Below, piece after piece: positions 12,141 through 23,094 of a stretch of DNA of 64,000 nucleotides. Position 1 is the first letter of the stretch. Each line of letters begins with the position of its first letter. The translations under genes and the position numbers were made by a program. This stretch comes from Malacoraja senta (lineage: Eukaryota). Below the pieces are notes generated by a model. It was not told the origin of the DNA. It did no database searches and was given only the letters and a program-made list of their open reading frames with translations. The stretch spans positions 24,802,001-24,866,000 of the forward strand of contig CM075988.1 in NCBI GenBank assembly GCA_038087875.1, read 5' to 3'.

Positions 12141-12660
12141 AATATAAAGATGGTTTGAGTAGAGAAGAAAAATAATTAAGGCAAAGAGTCAATTGTGGGA
12201 GTTATCTATTGCCCCCTAATAGTAACTGCATGGCAGGATGTAGTATAACGAAATAATTCAAGGGAGCTTGTCAGAGGGGTACCGTGATAATCAAAGGCAA
12301 TTTTAATCTACCAATAAACTTGAAACATTAGGTGGGCATGGACTTGGGGTACACTCGAATTGTACAGGATCATTTCTTGCAGCAGCCTTTGGACAGCAGG
12401 AAAGAAGAATGGGCCCTTGATTCATATTTTGCACTTATTTCATATTTTACACTTAACTAAGGGCAAGTACAACTCTATGAAAGTAGAAAGTGAACTGGCA
12501 TTTACCTGTAGGTTAAGGTATCATTTAATTGAGGTGTGGTGAAGACATTTTGGGGGATCCTTCAAAACACAAAGAATGGAGGAAGGAGAATTCCAACAGG
12601 GGGCTCCATCGAGTATGGTTCTACAACAAAAAGAGAAAAATAATATGTGTACGAAAAGCA

Positions 12661-12930
12661 AAGCACAGTTGGGCTACTGCCTTACAGTTCCTGCAAGCTG
12701 GGTTTACTCCTGAACTCCGGTGCAGTGTGTGTGGAGTTTGCATGTTCTCCATGTGACCATTCCCTAGGTGTTCTTGTTTCTTCCCACGATTCAATGACTT
12801 GCGGGATTGCAGGTGAATTTGCCACTAGATTCACTGATGCAATGAGGAGAGAATAAAATGAGATTATAAAAGGGTGGTTGGTGAGGACTAGGTGGCATGA
12901 AGAGCCCGTTTCCATGCTGTGTCATTCTAC
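12661..12930 (+). mobile_element. Diverged HE1-type V-SINE
   Basis: ctgccttacag...gtgtggagtttgcatgttctcc...cccgtttccatgctgt. Confidence 0.7.
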
Positions 12931-13058
12931 GACTCTGGGTATAAACCTTGGAGAAAGAAAAATCATAATTTCACAAAGACCGGTAAGAATCAAAAGATAT
13001 ATGATGACTAAAAGATTAATGTGCAAGGAAAGGTTGGAGCAAAGCGTGCTAGAGAGAT

Positions 13059-13202
13059 CTTCTTCTTCTTCTTGCATATGGCATGCACACCCTAAAGTTG
13101 GAGGACAACTTGATCTATTTGATCTTATTTGATTGTGCACACCGGGTTGATTGCATTCGGCGAGACAGGGCAGACCTCGTGAAGGTTGCAATCTCCCACC
13201 CC
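13059..13202 (-). mobile_element. HDV-ribozyme-headed short retroposon, family A copy 1 (about 144 bp)
   Basis: About 90% identical to 58397-58538 by eye; (GAA)n tail; TSD ctagagagat / ctagaaagat at 13049-13058 and 13204-13213. Confidence 0.9.
13149..13202 (-). ncRNA. Minimal HDV-like ribozyme (54 nt), mutated copy
   Basis: GGGGUGG-GA-GAUUGCA-ACC-UUCACGA-GGU-CUGCCCU-GU-CUCGC-CGAA-UGCAAUC; P1, P2 and P3 pair; last L3 base is A. Confidence 0.8.
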
Positions 13203-13203
13203 A

Positions 13204-14420
13204 CTAGAAAGATAAAATCAGATAATAAAAGTTTCTATGGATATTTAAGAGTCAATAAATGGAGCACGTGTCTTTCAGAAAGTAAGCTGGCAGAATTAAT
13301 AGAAAATAAGGAGATGATATATGAATTCAAGCTGTATTTACATCAGTCTTCACTGTGGAGGATAGAAGTTAGAATAGTTTTGAATCTGGCATTGGAAAGG
13401 AAGGAGGAATTTGGGGAAACCTACATTCGCCAGGACTGTGGTGCTGAGCAAATTGTTGCCTGACAAGTATCCAGTCCTAATGAACCTCATCCTCGGTTCT
13501 TTAAAGAAGTGGCTGGGGAGATGGTGGACGTGTGCTGGTGCTAATTTTCAAAATGTTTATTGCATTTGAGAAGGTTTCATTAGATTGGAAAGCAGTCAAT
13601 ATAACTCCTTTATTTAAAAAGATGAGGGAGCCGGAATTCAGAAAACTTACAGATAAATCCGTTGTCACAGGGAAAATGTTAGACGCTATAATGAAAGATA
13701 TTATACTGGGACACGTGGAGGTGAACAGCCAAAGTCAAACAGGATTGTGAAAGGGAAATCAACTTTGTCCAATTTTGTCAAGTACTTTTGAGTAAGTAAC
13801 TTGTGCTGTAGATAAAGGGGAACTGATGAATGTACTAAATGTTAGATTTCCAAAAGGCATTTGATAAATTGGCATATTAGGTTATTATGAAAAATAAAAG
13901 CTCAAGGTATATGAAATGACATATTGACAATGGATGGAAGATTGGCTGGCTGGTTGACAGAGAAAATGGGTTTGCATAATATTTACTTTCCTGGTTGGCA
14001 AGATGTAGCAAGTGGTGTACAACAGGGACCGGTGATGGGATCTCATCCATTTAACAACTTGTATGGGACTTGGATGAAGAGATTGAGGGTATACTTTCTA
14101 GATGTGTTGTTGGCACGTAGATAGGTAATAAAATAAATTGTAAAAAGGCATAAGGAAACTACAAGAGAATACAGGGTGGTTACATGAGGGGGAAAGAAAC
14201 TGGCAAGTGGTGTGCAATGAGGTGAAAATGTGAAAATGTCCATTTTGGTAAAAACAATTTTTTTAACGGAAACAAATATATTGTCTGAATGGTGAGAGAT
14301 TACAGAGCTTAGATGCGTGGGGATCTGGGTTACCTGGCTATTGATTCACTGAAGGCTTGTATGCAGATATCATTAGAGAAGCTAAATACATATTGTCATT
14401 TATTACACGAGCCATTGAAA
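13204..14420 (+). pseudogene. Decayed CR1 LINE reverse transcriptase region
   Basis: Remnant motifs K.FYGY, DWKAVNITPLFKK, LDFQKAFDK and SGVQQG across frameshifts. Confidence 0.8.
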
Positions 14421-14542
14421 TACTAGCAACACTCAGGCAGCCAAACAGTATCTGGAACGTGAAACAGTTGACATTTCAGGTCTGGACCTTTAACTCTTTC
14501 TGACCTCTAAAGGGTCTCGGACCTGAATCCTTAACAGATTCT

Positions 14543-14853
14543 TTAGACTCTAGTGATACAGCACGGAAATAGGCCCTTCAGCCCACCGAGGCGGCGCTGG
14601 CCAGCGTTCACCCTGTACACTAACACTGTCCTGTGCAAACTAGGGACAATTTACAATTGTTTACCGAAGCCAATTAACCTATCAACCTGAACGTCTTTGG
14701 AGTGTGGGAGGAAACCGGAGCACCTGAAGAAAACCCACGTGCTCACAGGGAGAATGTACAAACTCCGTACAGACAGCACCCATGGTCAGGATCGAACCTG
14801 GGTCTCTGGTGCTGTAAGAGCAGCAACTCTACCGCTGCGCCACCGTGCCGCCC
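14543..14853 (-). mobile_element. HE1-type V-SINE
   Basis: Reverse complement of the HE1 copy at 11821. Confidence 0.9.
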
Positions 14854-16265
14854 TTTTCACTTCCCACTGATGCTGCAGGACCTGCTGAGTGTTGGTGTGT
14901 TTTGTTTTCATTTCTGATTTGCAGCATCTGCACTTTTTTAAATTTGTATTTATTTGTTAAAACTATGATACTTGTTTCCAGAGCCTTTCGTGTGCTCACT
15001 CTTCACGGGATGACTTCCAACCTTATGATCCCTGCTTATCTGCAGCTCTGGTCTCTTGCACATCGCTGGTTATCATAACATTCCTATGAAAAGCTGTCTG
15101 CTCAATGGGGGAGAAGTCGCAGAGAAAGTTTTCTGGCATTCACTTGATTGACTTTTTTTAAACTTAAAAGTTCCAGCTGGGTCTATTTTACTACAGGCGT
15201 ATAAGTTCACTCCCCAGACCACCTCAACACCTTAAGTTCCACTTCTTTGAGTGAGATTTTGATCTCCTGTCATATACGATTTGGAATTAAAGTTTTAATT
15301 TGATAGGTAACACAGTGTGGTTTTACTGTGTTAAAAGCTTCTATATAAATGCAGGTTACTGTTTTTATCATTCTGAATTTATTGCATTTTATTTTTATAC
15401 ACGCACAGCTCGGACAAGGACACTGCCAAGTGAACCTCGTTAAATATCTTTCAGTGTGGCCACATTACCTGGCCCCAGCTGGACAACCTTTTGTTTTCGG
15501 CCCTTGTTATTGTGTCTAGACGGTTATTAGGCTGCCTCGAGTAGATTTCAATGGTATCGATAACACCTGGGGGCAATATTAACTGGAGCACTGTCGAGCT
15601 CAGAGTGATGGCTGGAATGTGAACAAATAAAGCAGGTCCTTGGGTAGGGTTACTAAACGTGCAGTATAGTTGTTGCTACATGCTGCCCTCTGCTTCTGAA
15701 GTTAAACAGAGTTTCTGACGTGGAGTAGAACACACAACTGCTGTTCTAGTGTGTGATTACCGGCAATGGCCAAGGGTGAATTCTGCCCCTTGGTCCTAAT
15801 GAGCATCCATTATGAATTAATGTCTGTGCTTCATCAGACTTTAGCAGTGGCCGTAAAAAGGAAAGGAAATGCTTTCATATCTGGTTCTCATTTTCGAAAG
15901 TTGGGTCAAAAATTTGTTTTTTTTCATGTACCAACTTGATCTTGTTAGGTTAAAGTTAACTAACTGGTTCAGAAACTTCTTCACCAGTGAGCAGGGGAGA
16001 ATGGAAAAATTACTACCAATTGACGTAGTTGAGGTCAGTAATGTTTAAAGGAAGGTCAGATAAATGCGTGTTGAGGAATAAAAGCAAATGCTTGTAGGGT
16101 GAGAAGAGACTGGCATAGACCATAAACACTAGTACTGACATAATGGGCTGAATGGCCTTTTTCAGTCTGTACATTCTCAAAATGCTCTTAATCAACTACG
16201 AACATTTTTATAAAGATGTTAGATTAATGATGTCGGTGAGTTTTTGTGGGCATTAGGAAACTGTC

Positions 16266-16964
16266 TAGTTTAGTTTAGAGATACAGCACGGAAACAGGCC
16301 CGTCGGCTCACCGAGTCCACGCTGACCAGCGATCTCCGCACACAATACAATACAATCAATACAATCAGTTTTATTCGTCACTTGCACATAAAGTGCAAGT
16401 GAAATGAATTTGCCAGCAGCGGTACAATGAAAAAAGAACACACAATACACGATAAAAATTTAACACAAACATCCACCACAGCATTCACCGCGGGTGAAGA
16501 ATAAAGGGAAGAGATAAGACTTTGCCTTCCATCACAGTGAGGAGGTGTTGGAGACTCACTGTGATGGATGTTTATGTAAACTGTGTTAAGTGTGGGTCTT
16601 GGTTTTTTTTGTAATGTAAAAAAACTGTAGTAATGATATTTCGTTCAAGCCTAGGTTTGAATGACAATAAATAGCATTCTCTTCTCTTCTCATCACTGTG
16701 GTGGAAGGCACAAAATTTGGCCAGTCCTCCTCCATTTTCCTAACACTATCCTACGCAATCTAGAGACAATTTTACCAAGTCAATTGACCTGCAAACCTGT
16801 ACTTCTTTGGAGTGTGGGAGGAAACCGGAGCTCCCAGAGAAAATCCACGTAGGTCACGTGGAGAACGTACAAACTCCAGACAGACAGCGCCTGTAGTCAG
16901 GATCGAACCCGGGTCTCTGGCGCTGGAAGGCAGCAGCTCCACCGCTGCGCCACCGTGCTGCCCC
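16266..16964 (-). mobile_element. HE1-type V-SINE split by nested Rex1-associated 3' fragments (16343-16740)
   Basis: SINE tail at 16266-16342 and body at 16741-16964; insert begins with an (acaat)n tail. Confidence 0.85.
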
Positions 16965-17663
16965 TTGTCCTTGAGGTTCCTTTCTACAAATGCATTGCAT
17001 GCTGTCAACAGAAATCTTCCTTTCATATATAATCAATATAATTTATATTAATAATGTATCTATATCATATTACCCAGTGAGATATTTTGCATGTTGCTCT
17101 ACATATTCTTTAGATATTGCTCTGTCCTTTTGGATGGATTATCGAGGCTTTATTTTACCAGCAGGTTAGTGTGACGTTCAGAGCAAAGAATCTTCCCCAC
17201 TAATCTAAATTTCAGTAGAGCTCGGAGGTTACAGTTAAACTTGGCTTAAAATAAAGATGTTCATCCTATCAGACAAAAGAATATTGAACACAAAGGAAAA
17301 ATCGATTTTTGTTGCTAAATGTGTTTGAAGAATAGAGGATATAATCTATAAAGATAAAAATTAATATTGAGCAAGCGTGGGAGACCTGTAAATTAATATG
17401 TGATTGACACACAGTTAATGGTTGGTGTGTTATAGTGCATTGTGCTTGGGGATTATCAAAATTACTGTAACAAGGCTCCAGTACAGGGATACGAATTCTT
17501 CTTCAGTAGGAGATAATGTTGCCTCCTTATCCCGTGTGTTTCAACACTGAATGTACTGTGCATTCTACAGACACTCCGTAAAACACTTAATCAACTTATG
17601 GTAGACAAAAATGCTGTAGAAACTCGGCGGGTGAGACAGCATCTATGGAGCGAAGGAATAGGC

Positions 17664-17691
17664 GACGTTTCGGGTCGAGACCCTTCTTCAG
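17664..17691 (-). ncRNA. Minimal PLE-type hammerhead ribozyme core
   Basis: CUGAAGA-A-GGGUC(UC)GACCC-GAAAC-GUC; loopless palindromic helix III (ACGU) as in PLE minimal hammerheads. Confidence 0.65.
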
Positions 17692-17925
17692 ACTGATGTG
17701 GGTGGGGGTGGGTCGGGAAAAAGAAAGGAAGAGGCGGAGACAGTAGCCTGTGGGAGAGCTGGGAAGGGGAAGGGAAGGAGGGAGAAAGCAAGGACTACCT
17801 GAAATTGGAGGAGTCGATGTTCATACCGCTGGGGTGTAAACTACCCAAGCGCAATATGAGGTGCTGTTCCTCCAATTTGCGGTGGGACTCTCTCTGGCAA
17901 TGGAGGAGGCCCAGGACAGAAAGGT

Positions 17926-18936
17926 CAAGTCAAGTCAAGAGAGTTTATTGTCATGTGTTCCAGATAGGACAATGAAATTCTTGCTTGCTGCAGCACAACA
18001 GAATATTTTAGGCATAAAGACAGATCAGATCAGTGTGACCATATACCATAGAATATATATATACACACATTAATACACAAATAAAGTGCAATAGGCTGTT
18101 ATAGTTCATAGTTTGTTTGAAGTTGTGTTTGATAGTCTGATGGCTGTGGGGAAGAAACTGTTCCTGAACCTGGATGTTGCAGATTTCAGGCTCCTCTACC
18201 TTCTACCTGATGGCAGTGGAGAGATGAGTGTGTGGCCAGGATGGTGTGGGTCCTTGATGATGCTGGCAGCCTTTTAGAGGCAGCGCCTGCGATAGATCCA
18301 CTTGATGGTAGGGAGGTCAGAGCTGATGATGGATTGGGCAGTGTTTACAACTTTTTGCAGCCTTTTCCGCTCCTGGGCGCTCAGGTTGCCGTACCAAGCC
18401 ACGATGCAACCGGTCAGTATGCTCTCTACTGTGCACCTGTAGAAGTTCGAGAGAGTCCTCCTTGACATACCGACTCTCCGTAATCTTCTCAGGAAGTAGA
18501 GGCGCTGATGTGCTTTCTTTATAATTGCATTAGTGTTCTCGGACCAGGAGAGATCTTCGGAAATATGCACGCCCTGGAATTTGAAGCTCTTGACCATCTC
18601 CCCCATCGACCCGTTGATATAAACGCGACTGTGGGTCCCCATCCTACCCCTACTGGTCCACAATCAGTTCCTTGGTTTTGCTGGTGTTGAGGGCCAGGTT
18701 GTTGTGCTGGCACCATTTGGTCAATCGATCGATCTCACTTCTATACTCTGACTCGTCCCCATCAGTGATACGTCCACAACAGTGGTGTCGTCGGCGAACT
18801 TGATGATGGAGTTCGCACTATGTCCGGCTACGCAGTCATGTGTATAGAGTGAGTACAGCAGGGGGCTGAGCACGCAGCCTTGAGGTGCTCCCGTGCTGAT
18901 TGTTATCGAGGATGACACATTTCCACCAATACGAAC
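17926..18936 (-). mobile_element. Rex1/Babar-type LINE, 5'-truncated and frameshifted
   Basis: [40 protein letters not shown]; aataaa followed by (ttgac)n tail. Confidence 0.92.
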
Positions 18937-19329
18937 TCGGATTCGGAATGGGCAGGGCAGTTGAAGTGTTGAGCCACTGGGAGATCAGGTTGGTTATTGC
19001 GAACTGTCACTCCAGGTAGAGTTAGGGACAAGAGATCACGGGTCCACAATTTTCAGGAGACTGCTAAAGGTGAAGATCTTGGGTTACTTGTTGCTTACAG
19101 CATGTTGTGCCTAAAGCTCATATTTAAGTAGTACTGGTGTGATTGGGGCAGGTTGTTAGACTGGCAAAGTTTGATAAATCGCAATTCTGAAAGGTTTTGT
19201 GGAAGTACACCCAGCAATATACTAGGTTCTATTTCGTGGACAGTGGCAAACTGGCCATCCTACAAACCGACTGACGCAATCTAGTTATACAGATCAAGTT
19301 TCTGTGTCCATCTCCTCCTGCACCACACC

Positions 19330-19640
19330 CTCTCATGTATTCTCGCTCTCACCCACTCCTTCTCCCTGGCGCTTGCCCCCACCCTGTCTCTCACCACCTC
19401 CACCTTATCCATTCCATCTCTTGGTCCCACACTGCTGAGTCATAATTAACCCTCTTTACCATGTGCTCTCTCTCTTTCCTGTCTCCCTCTGCCTCCCCTG
19501 ACCATTCCCTCTTCCACTCCCACCCCCTCTGCACTGAGTCATCTGATTAACTCCTCTCTACCTTGCGTGCTGTCATTAATATTTCCCCTGACCATTCACT
19601 CGCTTACTCTCCCACCCCACTGTGCTGAGTCATATGATTA
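19330..19640 (+). repeat. Pyrimidine-rich tandem repeat (about 95-bp unit, 3 copies) containing TGAGTCA motifs
   Basis: ctgagtcat...atta recurs at about 19435, 19534 and 19625; tcccctgaccattc recurs. Confidence 0.7.
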
Positions 19641-20008
19641 TAGCAGAAATGAGGATCATAAATTATTCTAATAGGGATCCCAAAAGAGTTTGAAGAGTAA
19701 GGCACAGTTCAATAAGGTTCTCGACCTGAAATGTCACCCATTCCTTCACTCCAGAGATGCTGCCTGTCCCGCTGAGTTACTCCAGCATTTTGTGACTATC
19801 CTTTGAATAGTAAGTCATTTGAAAGGAAGCTAGTTCCATGCATGAGGGAGAAAGGACTAGAGGGTTGGCAGAAGGCACACATGCAGTAATATCATTGCCT
19901 TGGATCAGGTGGACTGAAGAGTTAAATATAGGTGACAGCCACGATTAGGAATGGGGGTAACAGGAGTGGAGGTTCACCACTTTAGATTGTTGCATAATAA
20001 CCTCTCTC

Positions 20009-20160
20009 CTGGAGAAGGGTCTCGACCCGAAATGTCACCCATTCCTTCTCTCCAGAGATGCTGCCTGTCCCGCTGAATTACTCCAGCACTTTGTGTCTAT
20101 CTTCGATATTAAACCAGCATCTGCAGTTCTTTCCTACACATTTTGTCTCTCCTTTGGGTT
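20009..20160 (+). mobile_element. Short PLE derivative (related copy at about 19715-19800)
   Basis: gaagggtctcgacccgaaatgtcacc...cagcatctgcagttc. Confidence 0.8.
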
Positions 20161-20466
20161 TGGGGATCAGGCTGAGATTGTACCACTGCTTTACTGAAAT
20201 GGCTCCTCACACAAGTTCCCAGGTTCATATTGACAGCATGGTCATTTGGGTGAGGAACCCTAACCCAAACAGCACCCACAAAACTCTTTCCCAGCAAGAG
20301 ATTCCATCGTGGGGATTACAGGAATCATACAGCTTTAAAGAATACCATTTGACCCCTGAAGTCTGAAAGGTTTCTATCTAACATGAATCTGTTTCCAGTG
20401 AGGGGATGGCGAGCAGAACATTGATTCCAGATAATTGGTAGAAGTAGACGAATGGGCACATCGGTG

Positions 20467-20746
20467 GAGACCCGGGTTCAACCCTGAACATGGGTGTTTG
20501 TCTGTACGGAGTTTCTACCTTCTCCCCATGACTTGCGTGGGTTTTCTCCAGGAGCTCCGGATTCCTCTCGCACTCCAAAGACGTACAGGTTTGGAGGTTA
20601 ATTCGCTTGGTATAAATGTAATTGTAAAATTGACCATCGTGTGTGCAGGACAGTGTTATGGGATGGTGGGGGGGGATCGCTGGTAGACGCAGATTCGGTG
20701 GGCTGAAGGGCCTGTTTCCGAGCAGTATCTCTAATCTAAACTAAAA
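20467..20746 (+). mobile_element. HE1-type V-SINE, 5'-truncated
   Basis: gagacccgggttcaaccc, V-domain and tail. Confidence 0.85.
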
Positions 20747-21466
20747 AAGTCCTGGTGTTGGATGGGCAATTGTTTGGGGTTTCAATTCGTGAATTTTTCT
20801 GCTTACCGTGCTGTCATCTGGTATGCACTGCCTGAAAGGGTAGTGGAAGCAGATTTATTAGTAACTTGCAGAAGAGAATTAGATATACACTTGAAGAGGG
20901 ATATAAGCGAGGCCATGTGGAACGAGCCGAAGGATAGTCCTTTGAAAGCAATGGCATATCAGCCAAATGGCTTTCTCCCGTGCAGGATAATTCTACTGAT
21001 TGAACGATGCCTGATCCTGCTGTCATTAAGCTTCATAGTGTTGATGTGTATCATCAAGAATTTAAGTCCAAAATTACTGTTGCAATTAATGTAACAAGGG
21101 AAGCATTTTGCTGTTACCAGATGTGTAACATTGCAGATGGTAGCTAGACGGTTTACCTTAATTCCCTGAGATGAGGATGAGAGAGATTGCAGTTTGGGAT
21201 TCCTTGTAAACTGTTGTATATTTTGTTGCAAGCAGGTGGTTTGTAGTGCTTCACACACTAAGGATCAAGTCAGAATTTCAGAAATAGGACTGCAGTGTTG
21301 TGATAGGAAACAATAGGGAATAGGGAATAAAGTACCTTCTGTAATAGGGAATAAAGTACCTTATTACCTTTGTATGAAATATTGGATAACCCGCATGCTG
21401 AACAATGGCTGCAATGTGCTATTGAAAGGTGGCTCACTCTGACAAGCTCCAGTCGTGGAGTGATGC

Positions 21467-21748
21467 TTTAGTTTAGTTTAGAGATACAGGAAACAGGCCC
21501 TTCGGTCTATCGCCGCACACTTAGACTATCCCACACACACGGGACGAGTTCCAACTATACTAAGCCAATTAACCTACAAACCTGTACGCCTTTAGAGTGT
21601 GGGTGGAAACCGGAGATCCTGGAGAAAGCCCACGCAGGTCACGGGTTAACATACAAACTCTGTACAGACAGCAACCGTAGTCAGGTTCGAAGCTGGGTCT
21701 CCGGCGCTGTGAGGCAGCAGGTCTACCGCTGCACCACTGTGCCGCCCA
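21467..21748 (-). mobile_element. HE1-type V-SINE
   Basis: Reverse-strand head, V-domain and (taaac)n tail. Confidence 0.88.
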
Positions 21749-22319
21749 CAGTTTAATCACAGCACCTTCCACCATGTGGCAGGTGCTGTAAAGGACGGAG
21801 CTCCTTTTGCCATTACAAGATTGACATCCGTGGGTCTCAGTATCACACTATGGATTGAATTTATCAATCGCAGAATATGTGTCCCCGAAAAAAAATCCTC
21901 TGGGGATGGCAAGGGTTTTGAGCATTTGAAGTGACAATGTTTTGATTCAGGGTGTAAATCCTCTCCAGTTCTTTCCCCTGGCCATATTTCCTCATGGTGA
22001 TTGGGGGCATAATTTTAATTTAATCATTATTGTGAGCTCAGTCTGTTAACCATCTGTGAAGCTGCTCATCTGGCAGCAACCAGTCGGCCAACTCCTGAAT
22101 TAGACCCACCATAAATTGGTAGATTACACATACTTGGTGACAGGTTGCTGTGAAGATTAGAACTCCTCCAAAATGCCCCAAACACTTTGCAGGAGTAGAA
22201 CCTGACAAAAAAATGGATGGCAAACAGGTCAGCAAAGTCTTGGTTGATGAGCATTTGAGAAGCATCGTGAAGAGGGACAAAGAATGAAAGACGAATAGAT
22301 CAGTTTTGAGTAAGAGTTT

Positions 22320-22780
22320 TAATAGTAATAATAATACTTTATTGTCATTCTAAATACATACAACAAAATTTCAGCCACACTGCCCGAGCGGAGCTCCAAC
22401 GTATCAGACAAATAATAACGAATAACAAAAACAGCAAGAAAGCGTCAAGTCATAATGTGTAATATTTCACAGTCTAGTGTTGTGGCAGTACAAAATATTG
22501 GCTATGGGGGCTGTGTGTTCAGTGCAGAGTTCAGAGTGGTGATGGCCTTGGGGTAGAAACTGTTTGTTAATCTTGTGATGTGTGATTTGATGGATCTGTA
22601 CCGCTTTCCTGAGGGCAGAAGGGCAAACAAATGATGCGCGGGATGAGATTAGTCCTTTAGGATGCGTGATGCCTTCCGCAGGCAACGAGAGCTATAGATC
22701 TCTTCCAGGGCAGGCAGATGTGTGCGTTGGTGATCTTCTGGACTGTGTTGATGACTCTCTGCAGAGCCTTTAGAACTTGA
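22320..22780 (-). mobile_element. Rex1-type LINE 3' fragment
   Basis: LPALEEIYSSRCLRKASRILKD; gacaataaa plus short tandem tail. Confidence 0.75.
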
Positions 22781-23094
22781 CGTTTTAGTTACCTCTGCCA
22801 GAGTGAAGAAAATTGGGATGTGAGAAAGACCAATGATGCAGAAGAGCAAAGATCTTCTGCAAATCACCAAGTTGGTAACAGCAAGGCCGTAGAAGGAATT
22901 TAAAATGGGTACAATAATTTTAAAATTGAGCCATTGGCATTCTATGATGCAACAGCAGGGCAATGAGTGAACAGGACTTGGGAGTTCGGTAGGGACAGCA
23001 GAGTTTTGAATGAATTGAACTTCACAGAGGTGGCCAGAAAGCCATTGGAATTCCTAAAGGAAATTATTGTGTAAATGTGCTGAGATTCTGACCA

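Larger units (their letters stand above)
17600..19005 (-). mobile_element. Penelope-like 3' fragment (end of GIY-YIG domain plus terminal repeat) interrupted by Rex1
   Basis: 17600-17925 and 18937-19005 are colinear with 50131-50540; intact hammerhead core at 17664-17691. Confidence 0.85.
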
